From the NCBI RefSeq assembly GCF_044704955.1, contig NC_091995.1, positions 434,001 to 498,000 of the forward strand: DNA of 64,000 nt. Reading direction: 5' to 3'. Source of the DNA: Pristiophorus japonicus. Its lineage: Eukaryota. Below the pieces are notes generated by a model, which did no database searches, was not told the origin of the DNA, and saw nothing but the letters and a program-made list of their open reading frames with translations. Shown here piece by piece: positions 24,246 to 35,914 of the stretch (within the stretch, counting starts at the first letter, position 1; each line of letters opens with the position of its first letter). Both the position numbers and the translations under genes were made by a program.

Positions 24246-24494
24246 GATAGGGATGTCCATGGAGCCTTATCTTCCCGTTAGTTGTTCAATGGTTCACCAC
24301 CAATCACGGCTGGGTGTAGCAGGACCACAGAGCTTTGACCTGATCCGTTGGTTGTGGGATCACTTAGCTGAACGACCTCCTCCTGTTTGTCGGTTCCTTG
24401 TGAAGGTGGTCATATGGATGAGGTACCCTGGAGTCACAAGCTGTTGGAGATGTGATGGGTGTGGAGAGAGCAGTGACAGTAGGTAATGGCCACC

Positions 24495-24987
24495 CATCAT
24501 CATCATAGGAGGTCCCTCGGGATCGAGGAAGACTTGCTTCCACTCTTAGAATGAATCCTTAGGTGGCTGAACAGTCCAATACGAGAGCCACAGTCCCTGT
24601 CACAGGTGGGACAGACAGTGGTTGAGGGAAGGGGAGGGTGGGACTGGTTTGCCGCACGCTCCTTCCGCTGCCTGCGCTTGGTTTCTGCATGCTCTCGGCG
24701 ACGAGACTCGAGGTGCTCAGCACCCTCCCGGATGCACTTCCTCCACTTAGGGTGGTCTTTGGCCAGGGACTCCCAGGTGTCGGTGGGGATGTTGCACTTT
24801 ATCAGGGAGGCTTTGAGGGTGTCCCTGTAACGTTTCCTCTGCCCACCTTTGGCTCGTTTGCCGTGAAGGAGTTCCGAGTAGACCGCTTGCTTTGGGAGTC
24901 TCGTGTCTGGCATGTGGACAATGTGGCCCTGCCCAGCGGAGCTGGTCGAGTGTGGTCAGTGCTTCGATGCTGGGGATGTTGGCCTGG
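24495..24987 (-). mobile_element. RTE LINE 3' fragment, inverted relative to its neighbour
   Basis: ORF 24503-24913 is nearly identical to the + copy. Confidence 0.9.
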
Positions 24988-25082
24988 TGGCTAATGTCCC
25001 AACACCTATCGCCCTCCAAACATCTATCTACCAAAATATCATAGCAATAAAGAATCATTTATGTTATCGCACAGAAACTCAC

Positions 25083-25183
25083 CGTTGGGGAACATAAAGT
25101 TAATCTCTCTCTCAGCTGTGTTAAAGCACGCACTGCCATGGAAAGCATTCTGAATTTTATCCGTTCCATAGATCGCCCTCAGA
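25083..25183 (-). CDS. NME5: NME5-like, coding exon 3 (NDPK active-site His)
   Basis: 101 nt; SLRAIYGTDKIQNAFHGSACFNTAEREINFMFPN; tttctag| and |gtgagt. Not present in the ORF track. Confidence 0.92.
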
Positions 25184-25309
25184 CTAGAAACAAGAGATAT
25201 TTAGAGTCAGGTTAATCACCGTGAGCTCCATCAGCTCCTTCCACGTGCACAAGGCCACAGGCTGTAACCCAAAGGGCTGGAGACATTGACACATGTCACT
25301 GAACCTCAA

Positions 25310-25950
25310 CCCACCACTCCCAATTATTGGGCCACCATAGGGGGGTATGTACACCCCTCCCTATATACCCCACCCCTCCCAATTACTGGGCCACCATAGG
25401 GGGTATGTACACCCCTCCCTATATAACCCACTTCTCCCAATTACTGGGCCACCATAGGGGGTATGTACACCCCTCCATATATACCCCACCTCTCCCAATT
25501 ACTGGGCCACCAGAGGGGGTATGTACACCCCTCCCTATATACCCCACCTCTCCCAATTACTGGGCCACCAGAGGGGGTATGTACACCCCTCCCTATATAC
25601 CCCACCTCTCCCAATTACTGGGCCACCAGAGGGGGTATGTACACCCCTCCCTATATACCCCACCTCTCCCAATTACTGGGCCACCAGAGGGGGTATGTAC
25701 ACCCCTCCCTATATACCCCACCTCTCCCAATTACTGGGCCACCAGAGGGGGTATGTACACCCCTCCCTATATACCCCACCTCTCCCAATTACTGGGCCAC
25801 CAGAGGGGGTATGTACACCCCTCCCTATATACCCCACCTCTCCCAATTACTGGGCCACCATAGGGGGTATGTACACCCCTCCCTATATACCCCACCTCTC
25901 CCAATTACTGGGCCACCATAGGGGGTATGTACACCCCTCCCTATATACCC
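25310..25950. repeat. 58-bp minisatellite (~11 copies)
   Basis: TTACTGGGCCACCAGAGGGGGTATGTACACCCCTCCCTATATACCCCACCTCTCCCAA. Confidence 0.95.
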
Positions 25951-26229
25951 TACCCGACTGGGATAAACAAGATGTGCACTGCCTCCCTGTATACTCCACC
26001 ATACAACAACAAATAACAACTTGTATTTATATAGCACCTTTAACGTAGTGAAAGGTCCCAGGATGCTTCACGGCAGTGTCACAAGACAAATTAAATATAT
26101 TTGACACCGAGCCATGCAAGAAGAAATGAAAGCAGATGACCAAAAGTTTGGTTAAAGAGGTCGGTTTCAAGGAGCATCTCCACGAGAAGAGGAGACTAAT
26201 TGATGTCACGTTACTGGCTGCTTCATTCT

Positions 26230-28380
26230 TGATCGGGGCGGAGGAGCGGCGTGAGATCGGGGCGGAGGAGGGGCGAGAGATCGGGGGGCGGAGGAGGGGC
26301 GAGAGATCGGGGCGGAGGAGGGGCGAGAGATCGGGGCGGAGGAGCGGCGCGAGAGATCGGGGCGGAGGAGGGGCGAGAGATCGGGGCGGAGGAGGGGCAA
26401 GAGATCGGGAGGAGGAGGGGCGAGAGATCGGGAGGAGGAGGGGCGAGAGATCGGGGCGGAGGAGTATCGAGAGATCGGGGCGGAGGAGCGGCGAGAGATC
26501 GGGGGAGGAGGAGTATCGAGAGATCGGGGGAGGAGGAGTATCGAGAGATCGGGGCGGAGGAGCGGCGAGAGATCAGGGCGGAGGAGGGGCGAGAGATCGG
26601 GGCGGAGGAGTATCGAGAGATCGGGGGCGGAGGAGCGGCGAGAGATCGGGGGAGGAGGAGTATCGAGAGATCGGGGGAGGAGGAGTATCGAGAGATCGGG
26701 GCGGAGGAGCGGCGAGAGATCGGGGCGGAGGAGTATCGAGAGATCGGGGCGGAGGAGCGGCGAGAGATCGGGGGAGGAGGAGCGGCGAGAGATCGGGGCG
26801 GAGGAGGGAGAGAGATCGGGGCGGAGGAGGGGCGAGAGATCGGGGGCGGAGGAGCGGCGAGAGATCGGGGCGGAGGAGTATCGAGAGATCGGGGCGGAGG
26901 AGCGGCGAGAGATCGGGGGAGGAGGAGTATCGAGAGATCGGGGGAGGAGGAGTATCGAGAGATCGGGGCGGAGGAGCGGCGAGAGATCGGGGGAGGAGGA
27001 GTATCGAGAGATCGGGGGAGGAGGAGTATCGAGAGATCGGGGCGGAGGAGCGGCGAGAGATCGGGGCGGAGGAGTATCGAGAGATCGGGGCGGAGGAGCG
27101 GCGAGAGATCGGGGGAGGAGGAGCGGCGAGAGATCGGGGCGGAGGAGGGAGAGAGATCGGGGCGGAGGAGGGGCGAGAGATCGGGGCGGAGGAGCGGCGA
27201 GAGATCGGGGCGGAGGAGGGGCGAGAGATCGGGGCGGAGGAGGGGCGAGAGATCGGGGCGGAGGAGGGGCGAGAGATCGGGGCGGAGGAGCGGCGGGAGA
27301 TCGGGGCGGAGGAGGGGCGAGAGATCGGGGCGGAGGAGTATCGAGAGATCGGGGCGGAGGAGCGGCGAGAGATCGGGGCGGAGGAGGGGCGAGAGATCGG
27401 GGCGGAGGAGGGGCGAGAGATCGGGGCGGAGGAGCGGCGAGAGATCGGGGCGGAGGAGGGGCGAGAGATCGGGGCGGAGGAGTATCGAGAGATCGGGGCG
27501 GAGGAGCGGCGAGGGATCGGGGCGGAGGAGGGGCGAGAGATCGGGGCGGAGGAGCGGCGAGAGATCGGGGCGGAGGAGGGGCGAGAGATCGGGGCGGAGG
27601 AGCGGCGAGAGATCGGGGCGGAGGAGGGGCGAGAGATCGGGGCGGAGGAGTATCGAGAGATCGGGGCGGAGGAGTATCGAGAGATCGGGGCGGAGGAGTA
27701 TCGAGAGATCGGGGCGGAGGAGGGGCGAGAGATCGGGGCGGAGGAGCGGCGAGAGATCGGGGCGGAGGAGTATCGAGAGATCGGGGCGGAGGAGGGGCGA
27801 GAGTTCGGGGCGGAGGAGGGGCGAGAGATCGGGGCGGAGGTGTATCGAGAGATCGGGGCGGAGGAGGGGTGAGAGATCGGGGCGGAGGAGGGGTGAGAGA
27901 TCGGGGCGGAGGAGGGGCGAGAGATCGGGGCGGAGGAGGGGCGAGAGATCGGGGCGGAGGAGCGGCCAGAGATCGGGGCGGAGGAGTATCGAGAGATCGG
28001 GGCGGAGGAGTATCGAGAGATCGGGGCGGAGGAGTATCGAGAGATCGGGGCGGAGGAGCGGCGAGAGATCGGGGTGGAGGAGCGGCGAGGGATCGGGTGG
28101 AGGAGGGGCGAGGGATCGGGTGGAGGAGGGGCGAGGGATCGGGTGGAGGAGGGGCGAGAGATCGGGGCGGAGGAGTATCGAGAGATCGGGGCGGAGGAGT
28201 GGCGAGAGATCGGGGTGGAGGAGCGGCGAGGGATCGGGTGGAGGAGGGGCGAGGGATCGGGTGGAGGAGGGGCGAGGGATCGGGTGGAGGAGGGGCGAGG
28301 GATCGGGTGAAGGAGGGGCGAGGGATCGGGTGAAGGAGGGGCGAGGGATCGGGGCCAGTCCACACTGCGATCTGTGTGCG
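26230..28380 (+). repeat. 24/25-bp G-rich minisatellite (~88 copies), homologous to the 17275-18030 array
   Basis: Unit GCGAGAGATCGGGGCGGAGGAG(CG/GG/TA). Followed by CCAGTCCACACTGCGATCTG, as at ~18043. Confidence 0.9.
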
Positions 28381-30316
28381 CAGTGGTTCATTGGGAAAAT
28401 GTTGGAGTCCATTATTAAAGAAGCAGTAACAGGACATTTGGAAAAGCAAAATTCGGTCAGGCAGAGTCAGCATGGATTTATGAATGGGAAGTCATGTTTG
28501 ACAAATCTGCTGGAATTCTTTGATGATGTAATGAACAGGGTGGATAAAGGGGAACCAGTGGATGTGGTGTATTTGGATTTCCAGAAGGTATTTGACAAGG
28601 TGCCACATAAAAGGTTACTGTACAAGATTAAAGTTCACAGGGTTGGGGGTAATATATTAGCATGGATAGAGGATTGACTAACTAACAGAAAACAGAGCGT
28701 CGGGATAAATGGTTCATTCTCTGGTTGGCAACCAGTAACCAGTGGGGTGCCGCAGGGATCAGTGCTGGGACCCCAACTATTTACAATCTATATTAACGAC
28801 TTGGATAAAGAGACCGAGAAATTTGCTAATGATACAAAGATAGGTGGTAAAGCAAGTTGTGAGGAGGACGCAAAGAATCTACAAAGGGATAGAGACAGGC
28901 TAAGTGAGTGGGCAAAGATTTGGCAGATGGAGTATCATGTGGGAAAATGTGAGGTTATCCACTTTGGTAGGAAAAATCAAAGAGCAAGTTATTATTTAAA
29001 TGGAGAAAGATTGCAAAGTGCCGCAGTACAGTGGGACCTGGGGGTACTTGTACATGAAACACAAAAGGTTAGTATGCAGGTACAGCAAGTGATCAGGAAG
29101 GCCAATGGAATCTTGGCCTTTATTGCAAAGGGGATGGAGTATAAAAGCAGGGAAGTCTTGCTACAGTTATACAGGGTATTGGTGAGGCCACACCTGGAGT
29201 ACTGCGTGCAGTTTTGGTTTCCATATTTACGAAAGGATAGACTTGCTTTGGAGACAGTTCAGAGGAGGTTCACTCGGTTGATTCCGGGATGAGGGGGTTG
29301 ACTTATGAGGAAAGGTTGAGGAGGTTGGGTCTCTACTCATTGGAATTCAGCAGAATGAGAGGTGATCTTATCGAAACGTATAAGATTATGAGGGGGCTTG
29401 ACAAGGTGGATGCAGAGAGGATGTTTCCACTGATGGGGGAGACTAGAACTAGGGGGCATAGTCTTAGAATAAGGGGCCACCCATTTAAAACTGAGATGAG
29501 GAGGAATTTCTTCTCAGAGGGTTGTAAATCTGTGGAATTCGCTGCCTCAGAGAGCTGTGGAGGCTGGGTCATTGAATATATTTAAGACAGAGATAGACAG
29601 ATTTTTGAGCGATAAGGGGTTATGGGGAGCGGGCGGGGAAGTGGAGCTGAGTCCATGATCGGATCAGCCATGATCGTATTAAATGGTGGAGCAGGCTCGA
29701 GGGTCCGAATGTCTGAATCCTGCTCCTATTTCTTATGTTCTTCTATATAGTCCACCCTACTGGGATAAGGGCAGGTGTATGTCGACCCCTCCATATACAG
29801 CCCACCCTATTGGCATTGAGGGAGAACAGAGAAGGTTCACCAGACTGATTCCCGGGATGGCAGGACTGACATATGAGGAGAGACTGGATCGACTAGGCTT
29901 ATATTCACTGGAGTTTAGAAGGATGAGAGGGGATCTCATAGAAACATATAAAATTCTGACGGGACGAGACAGGTTAGATGCAGGAAGAATGTTCCCGATG
30001 TTGGGGAAGTCCAGAACCAGGGGTCACAGTCTAAGGATAAGGGGTAAGCCATTTAGGACCGAGATGAGGAGAAACTTCTTCACTCAGAGAGTTGTGAACC
30101 TGTGGAATTCTCTACCACAGAAAGTTGTTGAGACCAGTTTGTTAGATATATTCAAAAGGGAGTTAGATGTGGCCCTTACGGCTAAAGGGATCAAGGGGCA
30201 TGGAGAGAAAGCAGGAAAGGGGTACTGAGGGAATGATCAGCCATGATCATAATGAATGGTGGTGCAGGCTCGAAGGGCCGAATGGCCTACTCCTGCACCG
30301 ATTTTCTATGTTTCTA
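28381..30316 (+). mobile_element. Two CR1 fragments (28381-29742, decayed RT; 29812-30316, 3' end)
   Basis: QHGF, YLDFQK, PQGSVLGP motifs with stops and frameshifts; two CR1 tails. Confidence 0.9.
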
Positions 30317-30376
30317 TAAGGGCAGGTGTATGAAGACCCCCTCAATCTATAGCCCCTCCGTTGCGGGATCACTCAC

Positions 30377-30582
30377 CTCTTGGGCTGGGTTACCTTTGCC
30401 TTCTCGCTGTCGGACGGCCCGAGCAGGTTGTTCCATTGCTGGATGGCAGAGTCCCGAGCAATCATCATGGCCACCAATGGCCCCGAGCAGAGGTGGGCAG
30501 TCAGGCTGGGGAAGAACATCTTCCCGCTGTGCTCCACGTAAAACTCACTGGCCACCTCTGGGCTCAGGTGCAGTTTTCTTCT
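30377..30582 (-). CDS. NME5: NME5-like, coding exon 2
   Basis: 206 nt; RRKLHLSPEVASEFYVEHSGKMFFPSLTAHLCSGPLVAMMIARDSAIQQWNNLLGPSDSEKAKVTQPK; cccag| and |gtgagt. Confidence 0.92.
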
Positions 30583-30619
30583 CTGGGTGAAGAAAGTCGT
30601 TTTTAGTTCAATACGTCAC

Positions 30620-32725
30620 GGGGCAGTACTGAGGGAGTGCCGCACTGTCGGAGGGGCAGTACTGAGGGAGTGCCGCACTGTCTGAGGGGCAGTACTGAGG
30701 GAGCGCCGCACTGTCGGAGGGGCAGTACTGAGGGAGCGCCGCACTGTCGGAGGGGCAGTACTGAGGGAGCGCCGCACTGTCGGAGGGGCAGTACTGAGGG
30801 AGCGCCGCACTGTCGGAGGGGCAGTACTGAGGGAGCGCCGCACTGTCGGAGGGGCAGTACTGAGGGAGTGCCGCACTGTCGGAGGGGCAGTACTGAGGGA
30901 GCGCCGCACTGTCGGAAGGGCAGTACTGAGGGAGTGCCGTATTGTGGGAGGGACAGTACTGAGGGAGTGCCACACTGTCGGAGGGGCAGTACTGAGGGAG
31001 CGCCGCACTGTCGGAAGGGCAGTACTGAGGGAGTGCCGTATTGTCGGAGGGACAGTACTGAGGGAGTGCCACACTGTCGGAGGGGCAGTACTGAGGGAGT
31101 GCCGCACTGTCGGAGGGGCAGTACTGAGGGAGCGCCGCACTGTCGGAGGGGCAGTACTGAGGGAGCGCCGCACTGTCGGAGGGGCAGTACTGAGGGAGTG
31201 CCGCACTGTCGGAGGGGCAGTACTGAGGGAGCGCCGCACTGTCGGAAGGGCAGTACTGAGGGAGTGCCACACTGTCGGAGGGGCAGTACTGAGGGAGTGC
31301 CACACTGTCGGAGGGGCAGTACTGAGGGTGCGCCGCACTGTCGGAGGGGCTGTACTGAGGGAGAGCCGTATTGTCGGAGGGGCAGTACTGAGGGAGTGCC
31401 GCACTGTCGGAGGGGCTGTACTGAGGGAGAGCCGTATTGTCGGAGGGACAGTACTGAGGGAGTGCCACACTGTCGGAGGGGCAGTACTGAGGGAGTGCCA
31501 CACTGTCGGAGGGGCAGTACTGAGGGTGCGCCGCACTGTCGGAGGGGCTGTACTGAGGGAGAGCCGTATTGTCGGAGGGGCAGTACTGATGGAGTGCCAC
31601 ACTGTCGGAGGGGCAGTACTGAGGGTGCGCCACACTGTTGGAGGGGCTGTACTGAGGGAGAGCCGTATTGTCGGAGGGGCAGTACTGAGGGTGCGCCACA
31701 CTGTCGGAGGGGCAGTACTGAGGGAGCGCCACACTGTCGGAGGGCCAGTACTGAGGGAGCGCCACACTGTCGGAGGGGCAGTACTGAGGCAGTGCCGCAC
31801 TGTCGGAGGGGCAGTACTGAGGGAGTGCCGCACTGTTGGAGGGGCAGTACTGAGGCAGTGCCGCACTGTCGGAGGGGCAGTACTGAGGGAGTGCCGCACT
31901 GTTGGAGGGGCAGTACTGAGGGAGTGCCGCACTGTCGGAGGGGCAGTATTGAGGGAGTGCCGCACTGTATGAGGGGCAGTACTGAGGGAGTGCCGTACTG
32001 TTGGAGGGGCAGTACTGAAGGATTCCTGCACTGTCAGAGGGGCAGTGCTGAGGGAGTGCTGCACTTTCGGAGGGGCAGTACTGAGGGAGCGCCGCACTGT
32101 CGGTGGGGCAGTACTGAGGGAGCGCCGCACTGTCGGTGGGGCAGTACTGAGGGAGCGCCTCACTGTCGGAGGGGCAGTACTGAGGGAGTGCCGCACTGTC
32201 GGAGGGGCAGTACTGAGGGTGTGCCGCACTGTCGGAGGGGCAGTACTGAGGGAGCGCCGCACTGTCGGAGGGGCAGTACTGAGGGAGTGCCACAGTGTCG
32301 GAGGGGCAGTACTGAGGGAGTGCCACACTGTCGGAAGGGCATACTGAGGGAGCGCCGCACTGTCGGAGGGGCAGTACTGAGGGAGTGCCGCACTGTTGGA
32401 GGGGCAGTACTGAGGGAGCGCCGCACTGTCGGAAGGGCCATCATTCGGATGAAACATTAAACCGGGGCCCTGTCTGCCCTCAAAGGTGTATGTAAAGAAT
32501 TCTCCCCGATGTCCTGGGGCCAATGTTTATCCCTCTACCTCCAACGCAAAGAACCAGATTGTCTGGGTCATTATCACATTGCTGTGTGTGGGAGCTTGCT
32601 GTGCGCAAATTGGCTGCCGCGTTTCCCACAATACAACAGTGACTACACTCCAAAAGTACTTCATTGGCTGTAAAGCACTTTGGGACGTCCTGATGTTGGG
32701 AAAGGTGCTATATATATGTCAGTCT
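30620..32725 (+). mobile_element. DeuSINE (head missing) with 33-bp array (~55 copies, 30620-32437)
   Basis: Array followed by Deu domain CGGATGAAACATTAAACCGGGGCCC... and tail AAAGGTGCTATATAT. Fills almost the entire NME5 intron. Confidence 0.85.
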
Positions 32726-32756
32726 TACATAATATATATACACAGTTTGCCGATAC

Positions 32757-32873
32757 CTGGACTATGCTGAACCCAGAATGCAGAATGATCTCCGTGATTT
32801 CAATCTCTTTGTCACTGGCATCTGGTTTAATTATCGCCAGTGTGCTCTCCACGTAAATGCGAGGTTTTATCAT
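32757..32873 (-). CDS. NME5: NME5-like, coding exon 1 (exon acceptor at 32945 implies an upstream UTR exon)
   Basis: MIKPRIYVESTLAIIKPDASDKEIEITEIILHSGFSIVQ|gtatcg. The five exons total 636 nt = 211 aa + stop, with consistent phases. Confidence 0.92.
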
Positions 32874-32999
32874 CTTGGAGCACAGTCGGTCCACTCAGGA
32901 AGATGCAAAATACTGAAGGCTGGGGGTGCTTTGTCGATGGCGAGACTGAAAAAGAAGATGAATCGTACTGAGAGCTGGGGGTCATTGATCTTCAAGCTT

Positions 33000-35820
33000 A
33001 GCTAAGGCTGTGGGCCCCGACAACATCTGACGGGATTGGACAGGTTAGAGGCAGGAAGAATGTTCCCAATGTTGGGGAAGTCCAGAACCAGGGGTCACAG
33101 TCTAAGGATAAGGGGTAAGCCATTTAGGACCGAGATGAGGAGAAACTTCTTCACCCAGAGAGTGGTGAACCTGTGGAATTCTCTACCACAGAAAGTTGTT
33201 GAGGCCAGTTCGTTGGATATATTTAAGAGGGAGTTAGATATGGTCCTTACGGCTAAAGGGATCAAAGGGTATGGAGAGAAAGCAGGAAAGGGGTACTGAG
33301 GGAATGATCAGCCATGATCTTATTGAATGGTGGTGCAGGCTCGAAGGGCCGAATGGCCTACTCCTGCACCTATTTTCCATCCCGGCTGTCGTTCTTGTAG
33401 TATATGCAAGCACTCTAATAACAACTCCACGAGGTAAGGGTATAATACTTGAACTGTAGTGACCTTAGTCCTTTATCTCAGCTCCTAGAGTGAGGACACC
33501 AAGAGGTGAGCTCCCTTTTATACTGGGTTACCTGCAGTGTACAGGTGACCCTCAGGTCTCCAGCAGCAGCACCCTCTGGTGTACAGGTAAGGTGTGTACA
33601 GGGTGAAGGTACAGTCAGTGGTCTCGTGTTACAGTACATACATTAACATGCATACATAACAGTGCTGAAGACTTGTGTTCCAGAACTAGCCGAGCCTCTA
33701 GCCCAGCTGTTCCAGTACAGCCACAACACTGGCATCTACCCGACAATGTGGAAAACTGCCCAGCTAGGTCCTGTCCACAAAAAGCAGGACAAATCCAATC
33801 CGGCCAATTACCGCCCCATCAGTCTACTCTCAATCATCAGCAAAGTGATGGAAGGGGTCATCGACAGGGCTATCAAGCGGCACTCACTCACCAAAGGCAG
33901 ACATCGACGGCGAGATCCAACACCGCCTCCAGTGCGCCAGTGCAGCCTTCGGCCGCCTGAGGAAAAGCGTGTTCGAAGACCAGGCCCTCAAATCTACCAC
34001 CAAGCTCATGGTCTACAGGGCTGTAGTGATACCCACCCTCCTGTATGGCTCAGAGATATGGACCATGTACAGTAGACACCTCAAGTCACTGGAGAAATAC
34101 CACCAACGCTGTCTCCGCAAGATCCTGCAAATCCCCTGGGAGGACAGACGCACCAACGTTAGTGTCCTCGACCAGGCCCAACATCCCCAGCATTGAAGCA
34201 CTGACCACACTTGATCAGCTCCGCTGGGCAGGGCCACATTGTCCGCATGTCCTCCGACACGAGACTCCCAAAGCAAATGCTTTATGCGGAGCTCCTTCAT
34301 GGTAAACGAGCCAAAGGAGGACAGCGGAAACGTTATAAGGACACCCTCAAAGCCTCCCTGGTAAAGTGTGACATCACCACTGACACCTGGGAGACCCTGG
34401 CCGCAGACCACCCGAGGTGGAGAAAGTCCATCCGGGAGGGTGTTGAGTTCTTCGAGTCTCACCGCAAAGAGCGTGAAGAGGCCAAGCGCAGGCAGCGGAA
34501 GGAGCGCGCGGCAAACCAGCCCCACCCACCCCTTCCCTCGACGACTGTCTGTCCCACCTGTAACAGGGTCTGTGGCTCTCGTATCGGACTGTTCAGCCAC
34601 CAGAGAACTCACTTTGGGAGTGGAAGCAGGTCCTCCTCGATTCCGAGGCACTGCCTATGATGATGATGATGATGTGACTCACCAATAGCCCGCTCACCGA
34701 TGCCCAGTTTGGGTCTGCCAGGACCACTCGGCTCCAGACCTCATTACAGCCTTGGTCCAAACACGGACACAAGAGCTGAATTCCAGAGGTGAGGTGAGAG
34801 TGACTGCTGTTGACATCAATGCAGCATTTGACCCAGTGTGGCTTCAATGAGCCCTCGTAAAACTGGTCAATGGGAACAGGGGGAAAACGCTCGACTGGCT
34901 GGAGTCATAACTAAGACAAAGGAAGATGGTTGTGGTGGTTGGAGGTCAATCATCACAGCCCCAGGACATCACTGCAGAGATTCCTCAGGGCAGTGTCCTC
35001 GGCCCAACCAGCTTCAGCTGTTCATCAATGACCTTCCCTCCATCATAAGGTCAGAAGTGGGGATGTTCGCTGATGACTGCACAGTGTTCAGTTCCATTTA
35101 CAACTCCTCAGATAATGGAGCAGTCCATGCCCGCATGCACCAAGACCTGGACAACATTTAGGCTTGGATTGATAAGTGGTAAGTAACATTCACACCACAC
35201 AAGTGCCAGGCAATGACTATCTCCAACAAGAGAGAGTCTAACCACCGCCCCTTGACATTCAGTAGCATTACCATCACCGAATCCCCCACCATCAACATCT
35301 GGGGGTCACCATTGACCAGAAAACTTAACTGGACCAGCCACATAAATACTGTGGCCACAAGAGCGGGTCAGAGGCTGGGTATTCTGCAACGAGTGTCTCA
35401 CCTCCTGACTCCCCAAAGCCTTTCCACCATCTACAAGGCACAAGTCAGGAGTGTGATGGAATACTCTCCACTTGCCTAGATGAGTGCAGCTCCAACAACA
35501 CTCGAGAAGCTCAACACCATCCAGGACAAAGCAGCCACTTGATCGACACCCCATCCACCACCTTCAACACTCACTCCCTCCACCACCGGCGCCCCCTGGC
35601 TGCAGTGTGTACCATCTACAAGATGCACTGCAGCAACTCGCCAAGGCTTCTTCGGCAGCACCTCCCAAACCCGCGACCTCTACCACCTAGAAGGACAAGG
35701 GCAGCAGGCGCATGGGAACACCACCACCTCCACGTTCCCCTCCCGGTCACACACCATCCCGACTGGGAAATATATCGGCCGTTCCTTCATCGTCGCTGGG
35801 TCACAATCCTGGAACTCCCT
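33000..35820 (+). mobile_element. HER1-like CR1-group LINE interrupted by nested insertions (CR1 33026-33377, LTR 33396-33661, RTE 33893-34673)
   Basis: KAVGPDNI|PAV|VLKTCVPELAEPL..NYRPISLLS|..QFG..FADD..QVRSVMEYSP resumes after each insertion. Confidence 0.75.
33396..33661 (-). mobile_element. Solo LTR
   Basis: TG...CA ends; GTTCT/GTGCT flanks (imperfect 5-bp TSD); TATAAAAG on the minus strand; shares CACCAGAGGG and GGTCACTACAG.TCAAGTA blocks with the 22285 LTR. Confidence 0.7.
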
Positions 35821-35914
35821 CCGCTGCACTAACTAACACCCTGAGATGTTTACAGCATGGAGAGAGCCCATTTGACCCATCATATCAGTGCTGGCTGTTT
35901 ACCAGTGCAATGCA

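Noticed and set aside
26136-28677. 578-808 aa Arg/Gly/Glu- or Pro-rich ORFs, likewise 17152-18169
   Set aside because: Translations of 24-bp minisatellites; the 808-aa ORF merely runs into a CR1 RT fragment.
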